Notes under the pieces: generated by a model | What the model was told of the DNA's origin: nothing | Databases searched by the model: none | What the model saw: the letters and a program-made list of their open reading frames with translations, nothing else | Position numbers and translations under genes: made by a program | Shown: positions 12,340 through 23,915 of the stretch, one piece after another | Numbering within the stretch: position 1 is the stretch's first letter | How the letters are laid out: every line of letters begins with the position of its first letter | NCBI GenBank assembly: GCA_032718475.1 | Contig: JAUCBJ010002033.1 | Span: forward strand, 1-37,274 | Direction: 5' to 3' | Length of the DNA: 37,274 nucleotides | Origin: Nemertoderma westbladi | Taxonomy: Eukaryota; Animalia; Xenacoelomorpha

Positions 12340-15300
12340 TTCCCACCCCCCTCAGTCCAACATATTGGACGACTAAACTCTACGGTGCCCCTTCTAACAG
12401 GCAGCACTTTCCTACAGCCCTCCTGTAGGTCTTCCTGTCCTTTGCTCCTATCTTGCCTCCTATTCTCACTTCCACCGACCGGACTCTTCCATCCTCGTAG
12501 GGGTAAATATCTATCACTCTCACTAGTCTCCACTGGTTATCTATGATTGTGTTGTCAGTGACGATCACCAAGTCACCTTTCTTCAACTCCCTAGTGGTGT
12601 TTCTCCACTTACTCCTCCTGTGTAATGTAGGAAGGTATTCCTCTACCTACCTTCTCCAATATTCGGCGCTTATCGCCTTGGTGACTTTCCAACTCTGATG
12701 GGAATGTATGTCGTCTTGGTCTACACCCCGCATGTCGACGGTCGCTGGCCTCTCCATCAGAAAGTGTCCCGGTGTTAGCACGTCCAGTGATTCTGGGTCG
12801 TCATTCTCCGGGTATAGCGGTCTGCTATTAATGATTCCCTCGCACTTAGCTAGCACTGTTCTTAGTATGTCCTCTGTGACCATGTGGGTGTTCATCAACT
12901 TCGTCATTAGATGCTTGGAACTACCCACAAGTCTCTCGTCACACACATCCTAAAGTATGTGGCGCGTACGGCGTCCTCCTTTCCCACTTCACTTGCCACC
13001 TCCTCATGGCCGCCCTGACATCGTCTCCCTCTAGGATGTCAAAGGCCTCGGCCAACTCGTTCTCCACTCCCACGAAGTTGGTCCCATTGTCTGAATAAAT
13101 CACCGCGATTGTTCCTCCTTTGCGGTCTCTAAATCTTGGCCAGTAATGGCGCCATCTCCTGTACAGCCCTCTCCTTTCTCGTCCGTCGGCAGGTCTGGCA
13201 CTGCCTCACTACCGCCTTCACCTTCTTCCTTAACTGTGTCATCCAGAATGTCCTCCGTATCTCTGTGAGGGTCTGATTGGTGCCTCCATGTAGTATCGAC
13301 TTATGGGAGTCCCAGATGATCTGGTGGACTATCGGCGATTTGTTGGGAATGATTATGGGTTTTGGTGGGATGACTAGGCTGTTCAGCACTCTGGAGTTCA
13401 TCACCAGAATCCCGTCATTGTTTAGTTGTGGGGACAGCGTGTTGAGCTCGCTGTCTCGACGAAGATGTTGTTGCTTGCTAACTCTATCCACTTCGTCGGC
13501 GTAGTTCTTTTCGTACCTTATTACGGCCTTGGCTGCTCCCCCCAGATCGATGTTTGGTTTCCTTTTGGCATCCTTGCCAACTCCACCGCAACCACGCTCC
13601 ACGCAACTAGCCAATATGCTACCAACTTCTTGGTCTTATACCAGCTGGAGCTTTAGCTGAGTAACCTATCCATCGGATTTTCACATGGCTCTTCTGATTT
13701 CGGTGGCGCCTCCTTGATCTCCCTCACCATCTGACTGTATATCTCTTCCCCTTCTGAATCTTCTCCCTCTTGTTCTGGTACTACTTCCTCTGAGCCCGGG
13801 TCCACCTTCCTCATTGGTGGCCAGGCTGATCTATCATTCAGGAAGTGTGGCCTGTGCTGCCACAACCCTTCGTTCTTTGAGAAAGTGTGGCGTGCCACGC
13901 CCCTCGATAACAAATCTGCTGGGTTGTCGTCGGTAGGGCAGTAATGCCACCTTTCTAAGTCAGTCGTCGCCCTTATTTCATCCACCATGTTCGCGACGAA
14001 TATAGGGTATCTCGTCTTCTCGTTATATAGCCACCCCAGCACTACCACGGAGTCCGTCCAGTAGTGTGTCTCCACTATGTTGGGTATAGTATCCATAAAG
14101 TAGGCTGTGGTTCTTACTCCTAACCTCGCAGCTGTTAACTCGAGTTTCGGGACTGACGCTGAATCTGGTGGCGTCGACTTCGCTTTACTAAATGCAAGTC
14201 TGGGCTTGTAAGCCGTACTAAGCTAGTCATTGCCCTTTCGCTGTACCAGATAAAGTGCTGCTCCGTATGCTTCCAAAGATGCGTCGGAGAACATGTGTAG
14301 GTCTATGTCCGTCATGTCCCCGTCCGGGAAATACACGCGTGGCATGCTGTATGTCCCCATCTGTTCTAAACTCCCCGTCCACTTACTCCACTGTTTGCTT
14401 ATTTCTTCCGGGACCTCCGTATCCCACTCGTCCTTTAACTTATATACTTTCTTTAATATCTGCTTCCCCGTGACTAACAATGGGGATGCTAGGCCTAAGG
14501 GATCGTATATCCTTGCTATGTACGATACATAGCCTCTCTTTGTGTGGATCTCCGCGCCCTCCTGGCGAGACGAGGGGGAGGGGGGGGGGGGGGATTTGAC
14601 GCAAATTCTTTCTCAGCGAATGTTAAATAATTGTTTACTTACTCAATGTTAAATAATTTAGAGTTCTCGAATATTTATTACGTAACTGGAGAGCCGCATA
14701 ACTACTGTACATAACCCAATATTGGATGCAAAACAAAAAAACAGCAAAAAAAACAATGCAAAATGAATAACTTTATATCGACGACCCAATTACTGGCACA
14801 TCAGAAATAACAGAGTAGGATGTGATTACGTTTCCACACTTGAAGCAGTAATTGTCGCCTTCCGCAGGCTGAAATCCACATGTCCGGCAAAACATTGTCA
14901 TTGGTACACTACTGTAAGACAATGCAATAGATAACTGTAGACCTGCTGCTTTATTATTACTGAATTTAGTAGGCCTACCTCCTTCAGGGACTGTTCACAG
15001 ATAAGTAACGCCATTTTTAAACAAATTACCAAATGTAAAAGATTTTACAAAAAATATTTTCGGGGGGGGGGGGGGTGGTGATTAAATCCACTAGCATCTA
15101 TGGTCCGGAGGGGGGGGGGGGTGGTATTATCGCGTTTCGGCAACTGATAGTAGCGTTAGAACCTGCGTTGAGCCCAACGTCACCATCGCATTGTATCAAC
15201 ATAGGGCAGAGCAAATCAGTATGATTTATTACCTTGGCCTCACGTTTCCCGTTATTCATTTTCGTTCTACTGATTAATACCGCAGGCCTACACAAAACCA

Positions 15301-16054
15301 GCAATAAACGAATATTATTGTTATTATGTCTGATCCATAAAATCAGAGTGGAAGTCTATATCCCCTTATAAACGTAATTATTGTACTGCAGTACTGGTAA
15401 GCCTGAGTGAGCATCATTAGGCCCCTTTAACAAGCAACAAAATATGTTAGGTTTTGTTCAGTTTCATTTCTGACTGTCTGAAGGAAATTGTAAACGGGAT
15501 TTGTAATTCAAATAGACAAACTCCAGTTCCAAATATTTAAAATTAACTAACTAACTCAAACAGTTAACAATTCTGCCACCAATAACTATAACTAACTTAA
15601 ACTTGTCATCATTTATAATTTACTTACATAATGAGTGAAGTCACAGTTACATTCATTACATCATACATCGAGGGTATGTGACCTAGTTGCCGAAACGCGA
15701 CTGCAGTTCGCCGAAATGCAACTACGAGTTGCCGAAACACAACTATAGCAGTTGGTGAAACGTAATTGTTTAGTTGCCGAAACGCGACAGAACCGGGGAG
15801 GCTGATATTGATACTGATAATTTAAAGCAGTAGGCTACTGCAGTACCTGTACTGCAGTTTAGCACAGCCTGACTGTATACTGTAAAATGATAATTTAAAG
15901 GGGGGACTGAATCTGTGGAGAGGGGCCAGAATCCGCTAGCGGATTCGGTCACCCCGGACTTTACCCTATAGGACTGTAGGACAGTGCCATACTAGTATTC
16001 TTCCTGGTCAAGGTAGCTGCAGACTGACCAGTTGTCATATACATTAGGCCTATA

Positions 16055-16513
16055 AACGCCCTCAGGGCAAAATGCCGTCAGGGCAAAATGCCATCAGGGC
16101 AAAATGCCCTCAAGGCAAAATGCCCTCAGGGCAAAACGCCCTCAGGGCAAAATGCCCTCAGGGCAAAATGCCCTCAGGGCAAAATGCCCTCAGGGCAAAA
16201 TGCCCTCAGGGCAAAATGCCCTCAGTGCAAAATGCCCTCAGGGCAAAATGCCATCAGGGCAAAATGCCCTCAGGGCTACTACTACTACTAGGATCGGCAT
16301 GCTGCATTGCAGCTGCATTTTTAAGAATGCTGTGCCGGCTTGTCAACAAAATTGCACCGCCACAACTCCCAGGGCAAAATGCCCTCAGGGCAAAATGCCC
16401 TCAGGACAAAATGCCCTCAGGGCAAAACGCCCTCAGGGCAAAACGCCTTCAGGGCAAAATGCCCTCAGAACAAAATGACCTCAGGGCAAAATGACCTCAG
16501 GGCAAAATGCCCT
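16055..16513. repeat. 16-bp minisatellite CAGGGCAAAATGCCCT, interrupted by an RTE 3' fragment
   Basis: More than 20 copies; each unit is a hairpin AGGGC-AAAAT-GCCCT. Confidence 0.95.
16277..16370 (-). mobile_element. Severely 5'-truncated RTE LINE (about 94 bp of 3' end with (TAG)n tail)
   Basis: Near-identical to 21371-21466. Flanked by CAGGGC at 16271-16276 and 16370-16375 (TSD). Confidence 0.9.
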
Positions 16514-18121
16514 GATGAATTTTGAAATGGCATGCTTTCTATGGCTTTGTATGAAATTTATTTAATTGCGTCCAAGTTTTCTTAATGTTTTGTCCTTGAC
16601 AGTTGTGGGCTTCCGTAGTAACTGTTATTTCGCTCCCATATTAACACAAAAAAATAACAAAGGAAATCCATTTATATATGATTAGGTATAATTATTCTCA
16701 AAACTATCTTGCATCGCTCAACAATTATCTTGCGTCACACGACGAGTCTCATTCTGCAACTAATCCCGATTGAGGAAGATAATATCTCTCTTAAAAGTTC
16801 CATAAATTCCCACATATGTTTCCCATCCTTGCGGGGCACACAAATGACGCTGAGCTCATCCTGTTGTAGATGTTATAAGCAATAACATTATTGAAAATAA
16901 GTTATTACTCAAGATAATGTAATTTGACACGAGTTTAAATTACCTAATTAATTATAATAATATAAATTTGACTGAGTATTTTCAATAAATTTAAAATAAC
17001 ATGGTTCAATAATTGTAAGACAACATAAAGTAAATGAATGGCTACCGATAAAATAAACCTTCGGCATGTCTTAAAAAATACTTCGTATTGATAAATCTTA
17101 GTAATTATAAATCACGGCAACGGCAAATGATAAGGTTAAGAGTCAGTGTTCGTATTTTAAGTGCCCATGTTCATATTTTAAAGTGCTCGCATGTTCTTAT
17201 TTTAGAGACCGTGATCAAATTTTATGTTGGAATACATATATTTTAATAAATTATATTTGAATTGAATAACGTGGGTGTTGACAAATAGATTTGGGATGAC
17301 AATGATGTGCACATATAAATAAATTACAGAAAAATAATCTTGGCTCAGATTAGATGCCACACTTTTGCTGCATGGAGGTGACAAGTTTCCTGGGTCAATG
17401 ATCCAAATGTCGTGACCTGACCATTACACTCTAATCATAAGGATGCCTTACGTGGAATTATTTATTTTTTGTGTGTTAATGGACATTTCTAATGTATCTA
17501 AAACGAACAACCCTGAAATCGAAAACATACAGAGATACAGTAGGAGCCTTCCAGTGTATACTACATAATATATTACACCTACAGTAATACGCCTACAGTA
17601 TCTCTACTTAAATAAGGGTAACTGAACTCTAAATATTTTAGTTAGTGTATATCTTCCGTATAATTAATGACCAAGGTAAGCGGATGCTCACACCAACAAG
17701 GTTGTTTCCTTTGTTCAAAACCATTTCTACTGTAATGTATGTACGTACATTCCCCTGTTTTTCCGAAAGCTCACTCAAGGTGAAGTAAAGTAAACATATT
17801 TGTGTGGGCATACAGTACTGTACGTGAAACACGAAACACCGGACTCAACCCGATGGCTCCTCTTGGTTGTTGCCTGTAAGGCGGGCAGGGTAGGAATTTT
17901 TTCCAAAAAATACGGTATTCAAGTATTTGTTGTGTGAAAATGTCCCGCTCCCAACTCCATGTAGGAATGTTTCCATTAAAATTAATATACATTTATTATA
18001 ATAACGATTAATTATAATGATCTAGGGGTCTTAACCTCGAATGATAAGTTTATTTTACCGAAAATAACTTATCTTTTATTGGCGCAATTGTAGCTAATTC
18101 CATCAAATGCGTACTTTTTAA

Positions 18122-18189
18122 CCGGGTAGTGGCCTAGTGGTTGTAGTCTCGGCTTCCACCTGTAGGTCCCAGGTTCGAATCCGACACCA
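18122..18189 (+). promoter_or_regulatory. tRNA-derived SINE-like head with internal Pol III promoter
   Basis: A box TGGCCTAGTGG at 18130-18140 and B box GGTTCGAATCC at 18172-18182 with tRNA-like spacing. Stems pair poorly, so this is not a functional tRNA. Confidence 0.8.
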
Positions 18190-18228
18190 CGCTGATGAGA
18201 CACAGTAAGGTCGAAACGCGTACGTGGT
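18186..18228 (+). ncRNA. Minimal type I hammerhead ribozyme, copy 1
   Basis: ACCACG-CTGATGA-GAC(ACAGTAAG)GTC-GAAA-CGCG-TA-CGTGGT: 6-bp stem I, intact catalytic core, palindromic stem III ACGCGT, predicted cleavage after GUA at 18222. Confidence 0.9.
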
Positions 18229-18848
18229 TTTGAGAGATATGGAGATATTAATTTCAAGAAAAATTTCGCAATTCCTAAATTTGTACAAATCAGGTTAAAA
18301 AGTACGCAAGTGCTGGGATTAGTCCTACAATTGCGCCAATAAAAGATAAGTTATTTTCGGTAAAATAAACTTATCATTCGAGGTTAAGACCCCTAGATCT
18401 CTTCCTATAATAAATGTATAATAACAAACACCTCGAAAAATACTGCTTGCCAACACATTGTTACTATCAATAATTAAAATCAGGGGCTAATAAAATGGCA
18501 GCTGGCTTTGAAATTAATACTCCATATCTCAAGAACCTATAGCCTTGTGGTTGTAGTCTCGCCTTCCACCTCGAGGAACCAACAGGTTGATGCCATCAAT
18601 GATGCTGACGACAGCAGGCAATCATCCCAGGCATGGAGATCGATCAACTTGCTTGCTGGTCGAAAAAGCCAACCAACCACCAAGGTTAAGGCTGAATCAC
18701 CAGCCGATCGCCTCAATGGTTGGAAGGCCCACTTTGAAAAGCTCCTCAATAATGACAGGGTATTGCCTGATAACTTTATAGAAGTAAAAGTGTCTGAATC
18801 TGTACTCCCAGATATTCCCATTGGTAATATCTCCTTTGCAGAAGTGAT

Positions 18849-20332
18849 CCCTGTTGAAAATCCCTGTTACACATACTAAGTACTTGTAAAGTCTACTTGC
18901 TATCTTCTTAACAAGTACTTAGTACTAACAAGTACAAGGTGCCAAGATATGTAAAGTATATCACTTAATAAGCCAAATCTTTCTATGAATGTAAAGTTTT
19001 AATTAGGCACTTGGTAATTTTAAACAGTATGTCATGTAAATAGAAAGTAATTATAAATTTATCAATGCAAATTATAATATAAAACTCAAACGTGAGACTG
19101 ACCAATCACTGCACTGTGCATGTGTGTGCATGTTCTGTGTAGATGGGAGGGGGGTGGGGGGGGGGGGGGGGTACCTTATCCAATCCCTACACCCTACAAT
19201 CTACAGGCCTACACCTACAATACCCTATACATTTAGAACAAGAAACAGCAGAGTATATATGAAAATATTTAATCCATAGTGATATGAGAGTATCCTTGAT
19301 ATATTTTGGTGATGACCCATATATTCGTATTCGATTAGTTAGATTAATATAATTTATCTTATTTTCAGACAAAATAGAATATTCATATTGATAAATCTAC
19401 GACAATGTATTAACTTTAAGACCTTGTAATAGGTCATTTGTCATTTTATATTTATTCAAAAATGTAAATAATACACAAAAGCAATTGAAGCATAAGAAAA
19501 CTGCACAATTAAAAAATAATGTTTTGCGATTAAAAATATTTATCTTGCGATATTAATAGCTTGAACATTCCAACGCCCATATATCTGCTTTATCTCAACA
19601 AAATTTAATAGTATTTGGTATAAACAAAACAACATTTTTCGGCTTTCTTTCTTCATTATTTTCTTTTCTTATTGCTTTCTAACATAGCAGCTTTGGTAAT
19701 CAGAGGAATCACTCATTAAATCACCAAAAAAGAACGCAAAACTGAATAATGTAATAGGAATGCTAAATATTAGTTTGTTTTGGTTCATATTCAATTTCGA
19801 TCCATTAGGACGTTAAATTACCTAATGTCAATGTCCCAATTTGATATATTACTAACAACGTCAGCATTTTTTACCTATATTAAACAATATTTCATAGATG
19901 TTCAGAATCGCAGGAAAAAAGTACCAATATGAACGTTTAATTTCTTTCGTGGATGTCATGTGCTACCTGGGATAGCTGCATTCAGACCTGACAACTGGCA
20001 GGCCCCACTGAAACTACTGAACTGTTGTATGTAATACAGTGGTGACATTGTTATGCCTATACTCAGGCAAGTACAAGCTCGCCCAACAACTAACAGTACT
20101 GCAGTAAGCCTATATCTGCATATATGCAATACTTTGCAGGGACATGGCAAGTACCTGCAAAATATAAGTGAGCAAAGTAACACTTGCAATATTTATTAAA
20201 ACTAAAGAAATAACTTACATGCTCTATTAAGTTTACCAAATTTTTGTTACTAAACATATTTTGACAAGTGTAATAAACTGATAGCAAGGAACTTGCAAAT
20301 CTTAGGAAATGTACTATGAATTTTCAACAGGG
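18849..20332. mobile_element. Non-autonomous TIR DNA element (about 1.48 kb, CCC...GGG ends) inserted in the RTE
   Basis: TIR CCCTGTTGAAAAT (18849-18861) and ATTTTCAACAGGG (20320-20332); AAGTAC-type subterminal repeats; RTE coding sequence resumes across it. No clean TSD. Confidence 0.85.
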
Positions 20333-21370
20333 AAGGCTGCTGCAAAGAGCATTAAGACCAATCGTGCCAGTGGAGTAGATGGTGTTCCCCCTGAGGTCTT
20401 TAAAATACCTGAGTGTTTAAAGCTCATCTATCCCATCATAGTAGACATGTACCGAACAACAAGAGCCCGCAAGAAATGAAAACAAATAAGTTGGTGCCAG
20501 TTCTCAAGTAGGGCAACCTAACACTCTATGGTTCTTTTCGGTCTCGAATGATCTTGATCTCGGTCTTCATTGATCTCGATTGCTGCAAAGCTATACAATA
20601 GAATTCTATTAAATCGCATCAGGGATCCCATCTGAGAGACTGCTCCGTGGAAATCAGAATGGGTTCCGTAAAGGTCGTGGGACCATGGAGCCCATTTTGG
20701 CACTTAGAAGGATAATTGAAGAGTTATCAAAAAAGAAAGACAGGCATCTGGCTGTTATCTTTGTTGACTTCTTCAAGGCCTTTGATTCAGTCTCTCGCTT
20801 CCGTATGTTCAGCATACTTTCATTATATGGGATTCCTGATGAAATTATTGCAGCAATCAGATCAGTATACGATGGTTCGACAACATTTGTGTCTACTGTT
20901 GACGGTGACACAGAACCATTTGAAGTGTTATGGGGCGTCCTCCAGGGAGACACACTTGCACATTCTTGTTCATAATTGTTGTTGACTATGTGCTACGCAT
21001 GTCCTTAGATCATCATAATGATGATGGGGTGATGATAACTCCACATACTGTCTCCAGAAGTCGAGGAAATCCTGCCAAGTACTAACTGATCTAGACTTTG
21101 CTGATGACTTAGGAGTACTCTCAGAATCACTAGAGGGAACCCAACGGTTCCTCAGCTCATTAGAACATGCTGCTTCTAGTGTTGGTCTTTTTATTAACTC
21201 CAGAAAGACCAAAATTTTGACAGTTAACTTTGAAAGTCCTCAGCAAGTCTCTGATCGGATGAGCATAAGCTCAAAAGATGGTATGCTTGAGCATGTGCAT
21301 GACTTCTGTTACCTGGGATCATGGATCCGGAAGTCAGGTGAGGACCTTCGAATACGTAAGGGAAAGGCAT

Positions 21371-22258
21371 ACTACTACTACTACTAGGATCGGCATGCTG
21401 CATTGCAGCTGCATTTTTAAGAATGCTGTGCCGGCTTGTCAACAAAATTGCATCGCCACAACTCCCTATCACCCATGACATTTGCTAGATCATCCGCACC
21501 TTTAAGGCCAGTGTCATTTAAGATGTGTCTCAAGAAAGTCATGGGCTGTCCACCATGCTTATTCACTCCATGAGCCTGCCAAAGTACAAGATTATGCACT
21601 GGCTGGTCCTCACGGCGAAAGCAATGTCCTGCAAAGCGGAGGAGATTTTGTTCTAGTGTCAAGCTTGGGGGAACCAATGAGACACATCCAATGTTATATA
21701 GTGTCTGGTTGGAGATGTGTGCATTGTACTTGACACAATGAACCCGGCGTAGCATTCTTGTGAATGTGCCATCCAGAGATTTGGTGTCCTCAGCAGTTAG
21801 AGCCCAGCATGGACTCCCGTAGAGGAGTAATGGAACTACTGCTGCTCTAAATAATCGGACCTTAAGTTTCCGATTAATTCTCGGTGACTTCCAAATCCTG
21901 GAAAGCCTATTCAAGGCTGCCCATGCCTTTCCCTTACGTATTCGAAGGTCCTCACCTGACTTCCGGATCCATGATCCCAGGTAACAGAAGTCGTCCACAT
22001 GCTCAAGCATACCATCCTTTGAGCTTATGCTCATCCGATCAGAGACTTGCTGAGGACTTTCAAAGTTAACTGTCAGAATTTTTGTCTTTCTGGAGTTAAT
22101 AAAAAGACCAACACTAGAAGCAGCATGTTCTAATGAGCTGAGGAGCCGTTGGACTCCCTCTAATGATTCTGAGAGTACTCCTAAGTCATCAGCAAAGTCT
22201 AGATCAGTTTACTTGGCAGGATTTCCTCGACTTCTGGAGCCAGTAGGTGGAGGCAAGC
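21371..22258 (-). mobile_element. 5'-truncated antisense copy of the same RTE family inserted into the plus-strand copy
   Basis: Begins with the (CTA)n tail at 21371. ORF 21417-22034 matches the plus-strand protein. TSD AAAGGCAT at 21363-21370 and 22259-22266. Confidence 0.93.
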
Positions 22259-22845
22259 AAAGGCATGGGCAGCCTTTAATAGGCTTTCCAGGATTTGGAA
22301 GTCACCGAGAATTAATCGGGCACTTAAGGTCCGATTATTTAGAGCAGCAGTAGTTACAGTACTCCTCTATGTGAGTCCATGCTGGGCTCTAACTGCTGAG
22401 GACACCAAATCTCTGGATGGCACATTCACAAGAATGCTACGCCGGGTTCATTGTGTCAAGTACAATGCACACATCTCCAACATGACACTATATAACATTG
22501 GAGGTGTCTCATTGGTTCCCCCAAGCTTGACACTAGAACAAAATCGCCTCCGCTTTGCAGGACATTGCTTTCGCCGTGAGGACCAGCCAGTGCATAATCT
22601 TGTACTTTGGCAGCCTCATGGAGTGAGTAAGCATGGTGGACAGCCCATGACTTTCTTGAAACGCATCTTAAAGGACACTGGCCTTGAAGATGCGGATGAT
22701 CTAGCAAATGTCATGGGTGATAGGGAGTTGTGGCGGTGCAATTTTGTCGATAAGCCGGCACAGCATTCTTAAAAATGCAGCTGCAATGCAGCATCCCGAT
22801 CCTAGTAGTAGTAGTAGTAGTCGAGGTCCCAGGTTCGAATCCGAC

Positions 22846-22888
22846 ACCACGCTGATGAGACCCAGTAAGGTCGAAAGGCGTACGTGGT
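22846..22888 (+). ncRNA. Minimal type I hammerhead ribozyme, copy 2
   Basis: ACCACG-CTGATGA-GACC(CAGTAA)GGTC-GAAA-GGCG-TA-CGTGGT. Core intact, 4-bp stem II, one substitution breaks the stem III palindrome. Confidence 0.82.
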
Positions 22889-23289
22889 TTGGAGAGATAT
22901 GGAGATGTTAGTTTCAAGAAAAATTTCGCGATTCCTAAATTTGTAAACTATCCGGCTAAAAAGTACGCCGGGATTAGTCCTACAATTGCGCCAATAAAAG
23001 ATAAGTTATTTTCGGTAAAATAAACTTATCATTCGAGGTTAAGACCCCTAGATCCCTTCCTATAATAAATGTATAATAACAAACACCTCGAAAAATACTG
23101 CTTGCCAACACATTGTTACTATCAATTATAATTAATGTACGTTAATACCTACGTTAATAAAATACGCCTAGGGCCTATTATATGCGTTTATGTACGCCGA
23201 CAGTAGGATATGTATGCTTCTATTTAATCTTCTCAATTTCCATTAATAGTCGTTAGCTATTTAATACTGTCTATTTTTTATTTGTCCTA

Positions 23290-23915
23290 TTTTTGAACGC
23301 AAAATTCAAAATGCTCGAAATCCTATGAGCTTATGGAATACCAGTGCTAATTGTGGCCGGCATTGGATTATTATATTGTGACACAGAAGGTACTCTCACC
23401 AGATGGTGAAACTGAGTTCTTCTCAATCCTGGCTTGCGTACTGCAAGGTGACACATTAACGCCATTACTATTTGTAATTGTATTGGATTACGCAATCAGG
23501 ACGGCCACAAAGGGTGAAGATCTGGGATTTACGCTACAAGAACGCAGAAGTAGTAGATATCCGGCAACTACAGTCACAGATACCGATTTACGGATGACAT
23601 CGCGTTGACGACTACCAATACCTTGGGTCATGGATAGAGAAGCAAAAAAGAAATATAAGTTAGGAAAGCAAAGGCATGGGTGGGTAGCTCTACCAAAAAT
23701 GGATACCATCTGGAAATCAGATCTCTCCAGGCACCTGAAGACTAAGTTCTTTCGAGCCACAGTGGAAAGTGTACTTTTATGCGGGGGCGGGGGGGGGGGG
23801 GGGGGGGGACCTTGACACTGACTCAATTACTGTACTTGAACAACGAATTGATGGTTGCTACACAAGACTACAAAGGGCAGCCCTAAACATCAGCTGGAGA
23901 CAAAACATGACAAAC
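23290..23915 (+). mobile_element. Old degenerate RTE-like RT fragment from a different family
   Basis: DGETEFFSILACVLQGDTLTPLLFVIVLDYAIR...SSRYPATTVTDTD and IWKSDLSRHLKTKFFRATVESVLL, with internal deletions. Confidence 0.8.

Larger units (their letters stand above)
11665..14555 (-). mobile_element. BEL/Pao LTR retrotransposon, 5'-truncated: pol 3' half, PPT and probable 3' LTR
   Basis: Pao peptidase A17/RNase H motifs (LHMFSDASLEAYGA, YWTDSVVVLGW, CPTDDNPADLLSRG). Integrase zinc finger H..LHGG...CQTC, SDNGTNFVG (about 13070-13095), ERLVG and INSRPL...LTPGHFL. C-terminal KKGDLVIV..W...RVIDIYPYEDGRVRSV. Multiple stops and deletions. Confidence 0.92.
18019..18399. repeat. About 105-bp inverted repeat pair enclosing the tRNA-hammerhead core
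   Basis: 18019-18123 (GATCTAGGGGTCTTAACCTCGAATGATAAG...) is the reverse complement of 18293-18399; ATACATTTATTATA (about 17987-18000) also mirrors about 18406-18419. Confidence 0.92.
18577..22820 (+). mobile_element. 5'-truncated RTE-clade LINE in three pieces (18577-18848, 20333-21370, 22259-22820)
   Basis: WKAHFEKLLN, RASGVDGVPPEV, FVDFFKAFDSV, GVLQGDTLA, DLDFADD, FCYLGSWI, RLRFAGHCFRR; stop at 22770-22772; (TAG)n tail; TSD TCGAGG at 18571-18576 and 22821-22826. Confidence 0.93.
18540..23127 (+). mobile_element. Second tandem copy of the tRNA-hammerhead unit, split by the RTE insertion at 18577-22820
   Basis: 18540-18576 plus 22827-23127 aligns with about 18130-18470. GTGGTTGTAGTCTCG occurs at 18137 and 18547 (410 bp period). 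A box at 18540-18550, B box at 22832-22842. Confidence 0.88.

Noticed and set aside
16072-16525. ORFs in all three frames with PSGQNALRAKCPQGKM repeats
   Set aside because: A stop-free 16-bp minisatellite produces them automatically.
16512-16530. CTGATGAATTTTGAAA hammerhead-like string
   Set aside because: No stem II and no convincing stem I or III; it arises at the minisatellite edge.
18122-18189. Functional tRNA gene
   Set aside because: A and B boxes are good but the acceptor, anticodon and T stems pair poorly; treated as tRNA-derived.
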